Assembly: GCA_000388065.2 (NCBI GenBank)
Contig: KB932204.1
Origin: Fonticula alba ATCC 38817
Lineage: Eukaryota > Protista > Nucleariida
DNA: 64,000 nucleotides
Direction: 5' to 3' (one strand)
Shown: piece after piece, positions 23,166 to 36,771 of the stretch
Numbering within the stretch: the stretch's first letter is position 1
Layout: each line of letters starts with the position of its first letter
Translations under genes and position numbers: made by a program
Notes under the pieces: model-generated
Told to the model about the DNA's origin: nothing
The model's database searches: none
Seen by the model: only the letters and a program-made list of their open reading frames with translations

Positions 23166-25716
23166 TCACTTGGCAGGCGCCTCGATGGCTGTGAGCTCAT
23201 GGAGGAGAGGCTTGTGAGGCCAGTTGGCAAAGGCGCGCGTCAGCTGGAAGAAGGCCTCAATGGAGATATGCGTCGGTGGCAGGGTCGGATCGATCAGCGG
23301 GCATTGCTCAAGGAGAGCCTCAGCACCGGGGCCAAGAGTACTGAAAGGCAGAACGGTCAGCAATTCGGGCGGGGCTTTGGCCGCGGTACAAGCAGAGAGG
23401 GGCATATGGCTGCACGTACGCAATCGAAAGGAGAATGGGATACGAGCGCTTGACGAAGAGCTGGCGCAGGATGAACTCATACTCGATGATGTTGACTGAG
23501 CGGCTTCGAGGTTAGACAGCATGTCGATGCGGCATGTAGCGCAGGGGCCCGAAGCAGTTGGAAAGTTGCCCCGGGAGGGGGAGAGGGAACGCACGATCGG
23601 TCGGGACATCAGCACGAGGAATCAACCGGATGAGTTCCATATTAACCGAGGCCTATCGGGAGGGAGGGGGGGAGGACGGGGCGGGGCCGGATGGAGGTTG
23701 GCATCAGACAAACAAAAGAGAAGAGGAAAAGACCATGACGTGTGTGTGAGCGGTGTTCTTGCGCACTTTCGAGGGAAGGAAGAAGTCCTGGGGCATGCTC
23801 ATCAGATGGTCGAGATGGAAGAGGGTCTCCATCATGCAGGACATTTTCGAACGGGACCGGTGGCCAATTTGATAGGTAATGCGCTGGAGAAGGGGGAAAG
23901 AGGAAGGGGGAGAGGGAGATGGACAGATGCGCAAGAGCAAATAGCCAATCGGGAGGGAGGCGGAGAGAGGGAGAGAGAGAGAGAGAGAGAGAGAGGGAAT
24001 AGCACGCCATCATGGAAGAATGTCAGTACACATGGAGGCGGTCCGTCCAAGACAGCAGCAGCATCACAGAAGGGCAGGACAAGAGCCAGGTCCAATCGGA
24101 GCCAATCAAAGGGGGTGGCTGTCACGCACCTGGAGTGCAGCCGCCGGAAGCAGGAAGTAGCTCTCCACGCGGCCGAGCTCAAAGTAGAGCGACCGCCAGA
24201 AGATGTTCTGCATCATGTTCGAGAGCAGATGCTCGTGGTGCCGACTGCCTATGGACCCGGTGAAGATGAGCCCCGGGCGACGGCCAGGAGGAGTGACCGA
24301 GGGGACACGCTCATGCATGGTGGTGAACTCGGCCTTGCCGAGAGGGGCACCCGGAGTGCCGGGTTCCGGAGTCACACCGGCCGCCTCGGCCAATCTGGCA
24401 GCCTCAGCCTCGGGCCCGGTGACCAGGTGCGGATACTGCAGGCCCTCGGACCAGGGGACCGGGGCCACCCGAGCCTGGATGCGTGTCAGGAGCACGTCGT
24501 CCAGAAGGCTGCCAGACATCAGATTCTTCGGCGAGATGATGGCCGGCTCGAAGCGCCCCTCGGTGGCCACCTGCATCAGGCGCAAGTCCTCGGCAAAGAG
24601 CTGTTCCTCTTCCACACCATACACCTTTTCCGCGCCGGCGACCAGCAGGGCCTCTGACAGGACGCCCGGGCCGGGGGCAATTTCCACCACAGTGGCTCCA
24701 CGAATGTCCCCCATGAAGGAGACCACCTGCTGCGCGCGCAGTGGGCAGCACAGATACTCGGTGCCGGGAGAGGTGGCCATGTGGATGGCCATGACATATG
24801 CCCGATAGGCCAGGAATTGCCGAAGATGCTGAAGTCCCCGAGAGGCCGTGGAATCGTCGCTCAGGACGATGTTATTGCTGTCGGTGCCTGTCTGGCTGAC
24901 CATCGCCATCTCCCCGGCCTCAAGCTGGTCGACATTCACGTCGAAGAGATGCAGGACGCTTCGCAGGACACGCTTCGACCGGCCGGCAAATGCGCCGGAG
25001 GCTCGGGTCGACTCGCGCGAGATGATGGCCTGGATGATGGAGGATGTGTCCGACAAGTTGGCCAGGCTGGCATTGCGTGTCCGACCAGCCTGGGCCTTGG
25101 TGCGAGTCTCCTCGGCATGGAGAGCCACGCCGGTGGCGGCGGCCTCCGGGTCAAAGGCAAGGCCCCCATTGGCCTCGAGGGCCGTGTTTAGGCTGCTCAT
25201 GGCGGCTTCGGCCTTCTCCGTGGAACCAAGCAGCAGGGCCAGCTGCTGGGACAGGGTTGCCGGATCGGCGCGCGCCAATTCCGGACCCAGGGTCTTCAGC
25301 AGGGCCATGAGGTTCTCGCGGGATTCAGAGTCATCTTCGGCCACAGCGACAGCGACGGCGGTGGCGGCGCCAGTGGCCGCCAGGGTGGCGGTGCTGGTTT
25401 TGGTGCTCTTCTTGGTCGTCTTGCGCGGGGCGCGCGGAGTCTTGGCGGCCTTGGGAGCCTTGGGAGTCTTGGCAGCCTTGGTGGTCTTGGGGGTCTCGGC
25501 CGGGAAGATGGGAGGGTCGACCGGGGCCGGCTCGGCCGTGGAATATTGCCGAGTGGCAAAGAGGGCCGCCGGGCCGGCAAAAACAGGAGTGGGAAGGGTG
25601 CGCATCATCGCCGGCCGGGAGGCGCGAATGGCGGCCGGGACGGCAGAGCCGATGGTGTGGGTCGCCGGCAGCCGCGCCGCCGACGCCGCGCAGGAAGTGA
25701 CCAAGAGACGGAGCAT
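23166..25716 (-). CDS. Mitochondrial transcription factor B / KsgA-Dim1 fold, fungal Mtf1-like, with long N-terminal extension, 5 exons
   Basis: Arg/Ala/Ser-rich N-terminal presequence and a VVEIAPGPGVLSEAL motif-I-like segment. Exons 25716-24130, 23883-23767, 23652-23595, 23495-23420 and 23340-23166. The C-terminus EYEFILRQLFVKRS...LGPGAE...ISIEAFFQLTRAFANWPHKP resembles fungal Mtf1. Confidence 0.8.
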
Positions 25717-27467
25717 GGCCGAGCAGCAGGTCAAGAGTATGTGTGGGACGCGCGGGGGTCGAGATCACCTACCCATAGAAAATGGCTCCTGATGAGACGA
25801 CCAAAATGGATAGGCACGAAGGGGACAGGGACGGTGGGGAAGGGGAGAAGCGGGGGGGGGGGGGNNNNNNNNNNNNNNNNNNNNNNNNNNNNNNNNNNNN
25901 NNNNNNNNNNNNNNNNNNNNNNNNNNNNNNNNNNNNNNNNNNNNNNNNNNNNNNNNNNNNNNNNNNNNNNNNNNNNNNNNNNNNNNNNNNNNNNNNNNNN
26001 NNNNNNNNNNNNNNNNNNNNNNNNNNNNNNNNNNNNNNNNNNNNNNNNNNNNNNNNNNNNNNNNNNNNNNNNNNNNNNNNNNNNNNNNNNNNNNNNNNNN
26101 NNNNNNNNNNNNNNNNNNNNNNNNNNNNNNNNNNNNNNNNNNNNNNNNNNNNNNNNNNNNNNNNNNNNNNNNNNNNNNNNNNNNNNNNNNNNNNNNNNNN
26201 NNNNNNNNNNNNNNNNNNNNNNNNNNNNNNNNNNNNNNNNNNNNNNNNNNNNNNNNNNNNNNNNNNNNNNNNNNNNNNNNNNNNNNNNNNNNNNNNNNNN
26301 NNNNNNNNNNNNNNNNNNNNNNNNNNNNNNNNNNNNNNNNNNNNCCCCCCGGCTCTCCCCTGCTCCCATGTGCCGTTTCCTGCTTCAGGGCAATCCCGAG
26401 GAGCCCACGCGTTGCCCCCCCCCCCCTCCCCGTCCCGTGCGCAGGGGAGAAGACGGCTACCCGCCTTTGACGGCTTTCGCAGCCCGGCCGACCGCGCGGG
26501 GCTGCTTGAGAACCCTGATCTGACCACGCTGGCCAGGGAAGCTGGCAGCAGGATGGGGGCCGCCGATGCAAGAGCCACAAGCGAGCAGAGCACCAGGCCG
26601 GCTGCCACGATGCCCAGGGCGACCCCGGCCTGGTCGAATCACGCGCGTCACGAGACACACGGGAATGTCTACCAGGGGACCTCGATTAAGGCACTCCGGG
26701 CCGAGGGATCTCCTCATACTTATACGGTGGCACATGCGCTGTCAGGAGAGTCGGCATCTCCTCCGGCTGCTTGGGCTGTTTGCTGTTGTCCTGCCGCGGG
26801 TGCTTGACCTGCGTGCGCCCCCCCCCCCCCCCCCCCCCGCCCCCCCCCCCCCCCCCGGGGCGGCTGACTATCAGTTCCCCTGCCCGTTGGCTGGCTGCGC
26901 CGCGCTCGTCTGTTTTTTTTTTGTGATGAGCCGCCCCCCGGGCGACGAACGCACTCTTTGTTAAAAACCCCACCGCCGGTCGGTCCTTGCCGGGGGGGAC
27001 GGTGCTCGGCCCGCGGTGATCGCTGTTCACCAACTACTTCGAGCGGAAGGGAGCGGAGGTGGTTCTGTAAGATCGCCAGAGTGCGTGCTCTGCCCATTTT
27101 TCAGCGACGTGCGAGGCGCCCCTCGACCCACGCGCCGCGTCGCAGGGGGAGGGCGAGCAACCATGCATCTCCCGTGTTCCTCCCCCGCCGCCTCCTCCTC
27201 CTCCTTCTCCGCCGGCCGATCTATCGATCTTCCTCTTTCTTCTGTCCCCCCGGTGCATCTGCACCTGGCCTGCCTCCTCCCCCGTCATTCGTGTTCCGCC
27301 ACTCTCTCTGTCTCTCCCTGTCTCTCCCCCTGCAGCCGTCGTCATCAGGCGTCCTTGCCCACTGGTGCCGTGCACCGCCAAAGGCACACTCGCGGTTCCT
27401 GGCTTCTGCGATTGATTGATCTTGCTGTTGCGGCAGAGGTCCCCCTGCCCCCGCCGCCCGTTCCACC

Positions 27468-30400
27468 ATGTCTTTGGGTCAGGCCCTGGCCATTCGGACT
27501 TCCAAGTATACGGAGTTCATCTCCTGCTTGATGGCGTGCATCGAGCGGCACCGGGATGCGTTTGTAAGCGGCTCGGCGGCCCTCTTCCTGCCAAGTGACG
27601 AGTGCGCCAATTCCCGACTCTTCGCATTAATCCCTGCTCCCCCGCCACTGACGGTCTTGCCGCTTTGCCCACCTGCGGCTCCTCCGCCCGGAATGCTGCG
27701 ACCAAAAAAAGGCTCATTTTCCTGCAGCAGATGTTCATTGTCTTCGATCTCATCCGCCCGTGTGCCTATGACAATGAGACCCTCATCCCCGACTATGAGG
27801 CCGCCAAGCCTCTTCTCAACCCGCGAATTGTGCGCGATCTGACCCCACAGTGAAGCATGCGCCATGTCCCGAATTGTCTCCTGACAATTGTACACTACCC
27901 CCCCCCCACACACACGTATACGCGCACTCGCGCAAACAACCGTTGATGCCATTTCACTTTCGGCCCTCCTCAGAGGGAGGGCGGGGCAATCGTCGAGTTC
28001 TTCCAGCTCTTCTCGCGCCTCTATCAGGTTCGAATCTCTTCGATGAATGGGTGCGTAGCTGAGCTCTTTCTCTCTCTCTCTCTCTCTCTCGTGAGATATT
28101 GCCTGGTCCCCCCCACCTGGGTCTCGCAGCCAGCTGACTGCTCACTGAAACTCGACGTCCGGTCCAGACTTCTCTCCCGGCCTTCCTCGATCAATCTCCT
28201 CCTTTTCCCGAACCTAGCACACCTGGAAATTAGACAGGTGCGCCTTCTCAATGTGGTCCCGTCCTTTGTTTCCCGAATCCCCCTCTCTCCCCCCCCCCCT
28301 CCAGCCGCTCCTAACGCCCGCCTTTGATAGATCTCCCCGGTAGCTCTGCGCGAGTTGGACTCCTATCGTAGTGCTCTCGTGTCGCTCTCCTGCCAGGAGA
28401 GCCTTTCAGCGATCTGTGAATTGCTGATTGGTATGCCTGCTGCCACTCCCATCGCCCATGCGAAAATTCTCGTCCTTTACCTCGCTACCCCTCCTCGCCT
28501 CCCTTGCCCACTGACGGCCCGTTTGGCGCCCCCTTTCTCTTGCCCCTCGCGACAGTGCCCATCCTCGGCGAGCAGGCCCTCCAGGAGGACCCGTCAACCG
28601 GGAATGCGGGGCCATCGCAAAAGGGCACCACAAATCCGGCGAAGGGCTCGCGCTTCCGGAAGTCCACCTCACGCGTCGCCGGTGACTCCATCGGATCAGG
28701 GGGCGCTCCGGTTCCTCGGCATGGGGGGCGCTTTGCCACAATCCCGACGAATGAGGATGGCACCCCGGCCGCGGTGCCGGCCAATGTGCAGCCTCCCCGG
28801 CGACGAGCCCTCTGGCCGCAACTCCGGCGGCTGGATCTCTCGCGCAATGCCATCCGAGCCATCGACCCGGCGCACCTCTTTGCCGAGCATGTGCCGCAAT
28901 TGGAGTTCCTGTCATTGGCATTCAACCGGCTGACCCGAGTGGAGCACTTGTCCGGGCTGCCGCGGCTGTCGATGTTGGACCTGTCACACAATCGCCTTGA
29001 GCGCTTGGGGAACCTGCGTTTGCACCTGGGGAATGTGACGCACTTGTCGCTGCGTCACAATTGCCTGTCGTCCCTTCGAGGTCTGGAGCGTCTGTATCAG
29101 CTGGAGGAGCTGGATGTGCGATTCAACTGCCTTTGGGATTCGGAGGGTGATTTCCGTCTGCTAGCCGGCTTGCCATTGCTGGAGCGTGTCCACTTGGCCG
29201 GCAACCCGCTGTGCTTGGTGGAGGGCTACCGGGCCAAGCTCTTCGCGTGTCTCGGCCCCGGCCGTGCGGAGGACCTGGTGCTCGATGGCCGGCGATTGGA
29301 ATGGGACGAGCGCATTGTGGTCGAAGCACACTGGGCCCAGGGGTCCGAAACGTCGGCCATCCGCGCCACCAGCCGGTCGCTGCCGGCCGTGGTGGATGAC
29401 CGCACTGCGTTGGAGGCCGCAGCCAAGGTGGCCGCGGCCGCGGCCGGCAGTGATCGCCTGCTGGAAACCCTTGGCGATGGCGAGGATGACGTTGGCCTGG
29501 GACTGCGACTGTCTCTCCACGGGGGCGAGGGTATTGGCAGCATGGCCGCCGTGGCGGCAGCTGCCGGGTCCGGCAACACCAGTGGCGACCTTGCCCGGCA
29601 GTACTTGGCGACGGCCCTGTCAGCGACATACTCGGCGCCGGGGCTCCCTTCACCGAATGAGACCTCCGGAATGGCCGCAACCATGATGTCGGCCACGGCT
29701 CCGCTCAGCACGAACCCCATGCTGACGCCGATCGCCGAGGCAGATTGCGCGGTGTACAGCAGCACCCCGCCGGGCCCCATGGGTCTCGGGGCAGTCGAGC
29801 TGGTTGGAGCGACCGCCGTGGCTGCAGGTGCGGCGGCGGCGGCGGCGGCGGCGGCGGCTGCGGCGGCGGCTGCCAGCCCGACTACCGGTCGAACCTGGCG
29901 TCGACCCTCGGATGCGGTGGATCCCGCGGTTCCCGGTGCCATCGGTCGCACCAGTTTCCGGACGTCAACCGCCGTGCCGGCATCTCCGTCGACACCGCGC
30001 CTGCGCCGGCCACGAAAGCCAGTGAGCATTGTCATTGAGGACTCGCCCCTTGAGTCACTACGCTGTGCGTGCCTTCCCCTGGCCGAGCTGCCTCTCATGC
30101 TCTTCCCGATTGATGTCCTCGCTGTTTGTGTTACTTTTTTCTCCCCAATCACCTGCTGACATGCCAGTGGGCCGTGTGCCAAATGTGCCATTGTCTAGCT
30201 CCTGGTCTGCCGCGACCTGGCCAGCTGCTGGCGGATGCTCGCACCGAGAATGACCTCTCGGCCGGGGCATTGGCCGTGTCGCAGGTGTTGCCGGCCGAGG
30301 AGCCGGAGATGCCGGGCCCTGGTGACCTGCCGGAGAGCCCGGTCGGTCCTCTCCCTGCTGGCGGGGAAGCAACTTCCAAGACATCAGTCCCGGTGCGAAA

Positions 30401-33324
30401 TAGCCTCGTTGGCAGTGTGGCCACCGGGCACTTGGAAAAGATGCTGGCCCTACGGCAGCAGGTGGGCGACAATTGGCTGGAGGCATACCGGAATATGTCG
30501 CGCGCGCCTCGTCTCGAGGAGTCCCTGTTGGATGTGGAGCATCGGGCGCAGCTTCTGGAGGAGCAGCCGCATCTGGCCTTGCAGCTTTCATCCTTTGGAT
30601 CTCTGGGAATCGATGCCTTTTCATATGGTCCAGCTGGCCAGCTTGGATCCGGGTCGGGCGAAGCCATTCAACCCCATGAGTTCATGCCGGTGGCTCCTGC
30701 TTCCTCTGGGCGGTATCTGGACCCGGAGGCCGAGCCGGCGGACGCCAGCTCGACGCCGGTCTCGGTGACAGCACCCGACTCGCCGTCGGTGGCCGCGATG
30801 TCGTCGGTGTCGGAGGGCCCGGAAGTTGCCGCCAATCTGGCGGTGGCTGCTGGCAATGTGTCGCCCGGGGGGCTGTCGAGCTCGGCCACCACCGAAGACC
30901 TCGGTTCCTCGGGCAAGCCGCTGGAGGACTCCTCCCCGGCGGCGGAGGTGGATGCCTGGGCGCTGGACTCGGGCCCCTCGTTGGTGGATGAGGCGCTGGA
31001 TGATACGATCCCCATGGCGAGTGGTCCGCCGGGGACGGCGGCTCAGTGCATGCTGTGCTCGCGTCTTTTTGCCTGGACTGATGCCAGTCGGGTATGCTGC
31101 CCGGTTTGTGGGAGTGGCTACTCCGAAGAACCCCCCAATGGGGCTGGGGTCCCGGAGCCGGGTGCCTTTGGCAGGCCCTCGCAGTCGGCGCCGGCGGTTC
31201 CTCCGCCGAGTGTTTCGGCCCGCCTTAGGGCCCATGCCTCTGCCATTGACTTTGTCATGGATGACGCTCTTCAGCTCCAGCTGGAAACCGGGCTCCTCGA
31301 TGACAGCGAGTCGATCAAGTACTTCTTTGCTTCGGGGTATGTCCATGTGGTCTGGGTGTTCCTCCTTTCAGATGGTGGGGGTGTCTCTTTCGCCGAGCCC
31401 CTGTCTACTGCACGACTGCTAACACACACACACACACACACACACACAGTGTCCTTTTCCCGGTGGAAACTACCTCTTCCTTCGCGGCTCTCGGTGCGCT
31501 GGCTCAGTCGGCAATGACCATGTCTTCGGCATCGACGGCGGCGTCGCTGGCTGCATCGGTTGCGCCTCGGCGCAGCCCGCGCTACATTGCGTGCCTTTTC
31601 AGCCAGGCAGCCTTGTACATTCAACCCTTGGGGCTCTTCCGGAAGCCGGAAGCCGAGGCGGTCGATGGGTCGGTGCCAGGATCGCCCAGCGGCACAACGA
31701 CGACCAGCGATTCGGTCTCGGGGTCTGGGGCTGCATCATCGGCGCTGGGCCGTCCAGCAGGCTCGGGCATGGGTGATGCTCTGGGCGGGCACTTCTCGCA
31801 GTATCAGGCGACGGAGTTCCTCGGATCGGTCGGGGATCTGAGTGCGCATGTGGCTCGATTCTCGCTGGAGCGCCTCCGTCGAGTGGAGGTTGGCTTCAAT
31901 TACCAGCAGCTAATCTTGCACTTCGAGAGTGTGGATGCTCAAATCCGCCGAACGGGCAATCGCACTCTTCGCCGGGATCTTCCGGCCATGGAATGCGAGG
32001 AGGAGGAGCGTTTGCTTCTGTTGACGCGGGATGCGCTCTTGACGTCAGACCTGCTGGCATTCGTGCGTGTGCTCCTTCTCATTTCTCTCTCTCTCTCTCT
32101 TTCTTTCTCTCCCGCCCCTCCCCGCTTCTCCTGCTGGGGCTTTTCCTTTCCCTTGACTCCGGTTTGTTTGCTGACGTGTCTCCTTCTGGCCGCCGCCACA
32201 GCTTCTGGCCCAGTCCGACGATCCGGCAAGCCTCCTGGATAATGACCGGACCTGGTGTGTGGACAATGCCAAGCACCAGGCGTTGGCCACCTTCGATCCG
32301 GCGCATGCCGATTCGTCGGACAGCTTCGTGCGGGCCTACTCCTACGCTTTTCTGGCCGGGGTGGCTGGTGGCGGCTTGAGCTCGGTTAGTCCGGAATTCT
32401 TCCAATCCGGCGAAAGCCAGCTTGTCTCGGTGGTGCGACCGATTTTCCCACATGGACCTTGCCCTGCTGCTTCTTTCTTTCATGTCCCTTTCTTTCTTTC
32501 CTCCGCACTCTCCCTGATCAGCGAATTAACTCGTCTCGCTTTCCCCCCTCCCTCATCTTCCTCTCCTTCCTCAGCTCATTTCCGATCACTGCTTCTACCT
32601 GACACTGGAAGATCTGGATGTGTACTTTGACAACCGGAAGATCAATCGCCGCGCCCAGTTCCGGCCCCTGTCGGCCCGGTTGTTGGTGAACCTGGACTCC
32701 ATGGAGACTTGGGAGCCGCGCCTGAACGAGGGCCGCCTGTATTATGTGCGAATGGTCTTCAGTGATGACTCGACCGAGGTGCGTCGGGTCCTATTTTGCT
32801 TCCTGCCGCTGCTGGATCTTGAGGGCGGGTGCATTGCGGGCGGGTGCTGGTGTATCCTAACTCCCCTTGTCGTGCTGGATGGCGCAGCAATTGGATGTGC
32901 CAGAGGCGCTGGCGGAGTTCGAAAGTTTGAACTCGCCACTGCCTGGTCGGCCGTCTGTTTTCCAAGTCTTCGCGCGCAAGAAGAATCCCCCTCGGGGGCT
33001 GAGCTCGTCCAGTGGCCTGGCCTCGCCCGGCGCTGGAAGCATGCGCAACTCCGGATCGGATGAGTCTCTCTTCCCTGGCGGCGGGACTGGCAATACTGTA
33101 CGACTGCTGGGGTTTGGCCGCTCTTCCTGCGAATGGTCCTTTTTCTTTGGCCCTCTCTGATGCTTCGCACTGTGACTGACCTGATCCCTCTTGCGCGGGC
33201 CATGCCTCGAAAGGTGTTCGACTTGGTTTTTACATCTCACACGGCACGCGAGAACTTCATCCAGACTGTCTCCAAGGTATGGACCAACCTCACCATGGTT
33301 CCCTTGGACATTTTCAGATCCTGA
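27468..33324 (+). CDS. STK11IP: STK11IP (LIP1)/nischarin-like leucine-rich repeat protein, multi-exon; boundaries approximate
   Basis: LRR block WPQLRRLDLSRNAI...LGNVTHLSLRHNCL...LERVHLAGNPL...YRAKLF (ORF 28504-30159), then KMLALRQQVGDNWL, a CxxC...CPVCGS zinc motif, LQLETGLL and LERLRRVEVGFNYQQLILHF, in the order I recall for STK11IP. Confidence 0.7.
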
Positions 33325-33574
33325 GGCAGATCACCATGCACGTTGGAGTGCTTGCCCTTTGCCCTTCCCTTGAGATGGCATTGCAACGAATATAGACCTT
33401 GCCCACATTTCATCAAGAGGGTGGTGTGTGCGTGTGTGTGCAAGGCAAAGCATGCGCGAGAAGCGGCAGGAGGAGAATGATTCCGGTCTTGCTCTGAGGA
33501 CAAACATCTCCGCGGCGAAGAGCAGGCAGCCATGGGAAAAGGAGGAAAAGGCAGGAAGAGGCGCGTGTATATAA

Positions 33575-33610
<36 letters not shown>

Positions 33611-33738
33611 ATGTGTGTGCATGTGTGGGAGGAAAAGGCGATAAAGATAGAATTACACACAAGCTGTCACACACACACACACACACACACATAAAAGCAG
33701 GAGTGGCGGGCGGGCGGGGAGGAGGGGCATTCCCCCGC

Positions 33739-35534
33739 CTAGAAGAGACCCATGCGCTTGATGGCCGAATCGTAGATGATGTTGGCCAGGCGGCTGCCAG
33801 GCGGAACGCACTGGGCAAAAACGGCACCCGGAGCGGTGTTGAGGCGGTAAGCCGAGGCCAAGCTGGAGGAGATCTCCTCGCCATTGAGGAAGCACTGGAT
33901 CTTGCCGGTGATTGGGCCACTGGCCGAGGTAACAATCGTGGCTGCGGGGTTGGGGCGGCTGCGGAACTGGGTGATGATGTTCGAGTGGGCCAGCGCATCG
34001 CGGATCATGGCCCGAGCAATCGCAGCAGCCGAGACGCTGGGAACAACAGCTATTCAAGTGGAGCCAGTTTTTTAGACAGCCGTTAGAAATGGTTGATCTC
34101 GGAGGCGGGGAGGGGCATGCGAGGGAGAGAGTGTGTGTGTGTGTGAGAGAGAGGGGAAGAGGAAGCAAACGCACAGACGAGAATGCGCTCGGTCCAGCGG
34201 AGGTGCGAGCCGCGCTGGATGGCACCAGGGCGGAAGATAGAGAGACGCGAAAACCCGGCAGCGCGGAAATAGTCCTCGGCCTAAGGCGTGAAGCAGGCGC
34301 CGCAAGAGGGAGGCTGTTAGCTCGTCCGTCGGACAGGAAAGAAAGGGAATGCCGCCGAGCGAACCCCACATGCCAGAGCAGACATACCTCGCCCTTGGTC
34401 TTGGGGTAGAGGAACCAGCTGCTAGAGCTGGCACCGACACTGGAAAGGAGCCCCATATAGCCGAGATTACCCACAGCCGGGGTAATCAGCCGCTTGGAAA
34501 GGTCGGCAAAGGCATTGTTGGCCGACAGGTCAATGTGACGGAAGGCCTCCTATTATTTGGGAATGGAGTGGCATGGGCGGGGGGGGGGGGGGGAGGGGGG
34601 AGGGTTAGCCCATCATGAGAGGTGGAGAAAGGCGCAAGAGAGGCGCAAGCGCGGCATATGCATGGTTCTGGTTGCCGGAGACGCACAGCGGACCCGGCAT
34701 CACCGCGAGTGGTGCCGAGGCAGGAGAAGAAGTGGTACGTGTACGGGGCGTCGGGGAAGGCTGGCCGGGAGACGGCCACGGCATTCTCATCCTCCTCATA
34801 GATGGTGGGGGCCGGCGGAGCGTCCAGGGCAGCCGGAATGTCGACGGCGTTCAGCCCCTGCAGGGTCTCGAGGATGTCCTTCTCGACCTTGATCTCCACC
34901 AGGCGACCGCGGTTCTTCTCCACCTCGACCTTCGAGTGGTAAGGACCGAAGGGGAAGATGTCGGCATCCTCGCCAGTGTTGGGGGGGATCTGGTACGGAG
35001 ACCGGCCGATCAGGACAACACGCTCATAGCAGGGAGAGTTGAGGAGCTCGGCCACCAGGAACTACGGGCCCGATGGCGAAGGGGGAGAGGGGGGGGGGGG
35101 GGGGGGAGAGGGGGGAAGACCAGTCACCTGGACTCCAGTCACGCCGCACACCGCGATCGCGGGACCACAAAAGCAGGGCCCGATTGGCGGGAGATCGCAG
35201 GTACCAACGATCGGCGGGACGATCGGCGGCATGAGCCCTGGTGCCGGCGGATCGTCGCCCCTGGCGGAGCTCCCTCCACCCTGTCGGGGCCCCCCTCCTG
35301 GGGGAGGGGGAGCACGAATGAATAAATGCGACGAGGAGCAAACACGAGGGGAGGGGGGGGGGGCGGGCGGGCTCGGCGCAGGGCTCGAGCAGCGGCAGGA
35401 GGGAAATGGAAACGCACGCGACCAACGGCACCGGTGCCGCCAATGACGAAGGCGCGAAGCTTGCCACAGACGCCAGTCGTCTCGCTGGGAGGGAAAGGCT
35501 CGGCTTGGGGAACACTGATGGCGGCCTCGGACAT
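33739..35534 (-). CDS. HTATIP2: HTATIP2/TIP30 (CC3) NAD(P)-binding SDR-like protein, ~356 aa, 5 exons
   Basis: Exons 35534-35418, 35061-34687, 34549-34388, 34280-34175 and 34049-33739. Motifs AFVIGGTGAVGR, FSCLGTTRGDAG, LSSVGASSSSWFLYPKTKGE and RLSIFRPG. Confidence 0.88.
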
Positions 35535-36771
35535 TGTGGTGACAGCTGCGGGGTGGGGAGTGCTGGACGGAGACACAGGAGGAGGCAAGGGTCCAGAGAG
35601 GGCGAGGGGCGGAGAAAGAGGCAAAAGAGGCGCGGGAGAGTCGGGCTGCGCGTGTGCTCGTGCGTGCAAAGGGATGGGCAAAAACTGGGGCACTCTACCG
35701 AAAGGGCCCGGCGGGTCCCCCCTCGGCTGGACGCATCCCCTTGGCCTGGAGGTGAAGCCGCCTACAGATCCAGGGCATCCCTTCCGGGCGGAGCAGGGTC
35801 CCCGGGTTGGCAGGGGGCTCGGGGGTCTTGGAGGCCGCCTGTCCGGGCCAGTAACGTTGTTGGATTCCGCCTCGGCATCCAGGCCCCCCTCCCCCCCCCC
35901 CGCCGGTATTGCCGGCGCGGGCAGAAATAAACGATCTCCCAGGAGCCCCGGGCACGATCCACCTGGGCCGATTGCCGTCGTCTTTCCCAGGCCAGGGACG
36001 GGAGCCCGGCTCTCTCTAGACGCTTCGTTGGGTTAGCCCCACACGTGAAATGCCGCACGCATTTCAGGTGCCTGCCTCGCGGCCCACGGCCGATCGGGCC
36101 TGGTCGGGGGTGGGCGCCGTTTGTTGGCAAAAAAAAAAGGGAAAAGAAAAAAGGGGGGCCTGTAGAGCCCGCCCCCACAGGATGGAGTCACCGGCAAGTT
36201 GTGTCTGGATGTGGTGGCGGTCGTGTCATTACTAGCTCATTTTGCCGGGGCCGCCGGGCACGGCGGATTTGCCACCCCGCCTCGGTCCCTCTCCCAGTTC
36301 CTCCGTCCGGCCGCCCCCCCCCCCCCCGGCTGCCCCGAACGCGGGGACCCCCGGGGGAAAAAGAACAACACCCTGCCCCACGCCCTCCACGGCACCGGAA
36401 CAGACCGGCGGGGGGCCTGGTCGGAGGGCCAGTGCCGACGCATCATGCTGCCAGCGCATGCCCATCGCGCAGGGGGCGGTTGTGGGCGATGGGGCAGTTT
36501 GGCTTACGCTGGCAGCTGCTCGGCCAGCCCCCGCCCCTTCCCCCCCCCCGGCCTGGATGTGACGCGCATGGTCTGGTCCGTGAGGGGAGTCCGCGCGTGT
36601 GGGCGGGAGCGCTGGCAAGGGGGCTAGGGGGCGCTTCTGAGCGGTATTTGTTTTTTATTTTTTATCTGTCCCTTCCCCCCCCCCCCCCCGGAGAAGCCGG
36701 CCAGCTAGCCAGCTAGCCAACCAGCCAAGAGGGGGGGGGGGGGGGGGCGGGGCACATGGAGCGATATCCCA

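Noticed and set aside
25782-27100. ORF fragments on both strands around the 480-N gap
   Set aside because: I could not build an in-frame model, and most of the region is missing.
28000-28045. GGTTCGAATC T-loop-like motif suggesting a tRNA
   Set aside because: No acceptor, D or anticodon stems can be formed, and it lies in the STK11IP-like gene region.
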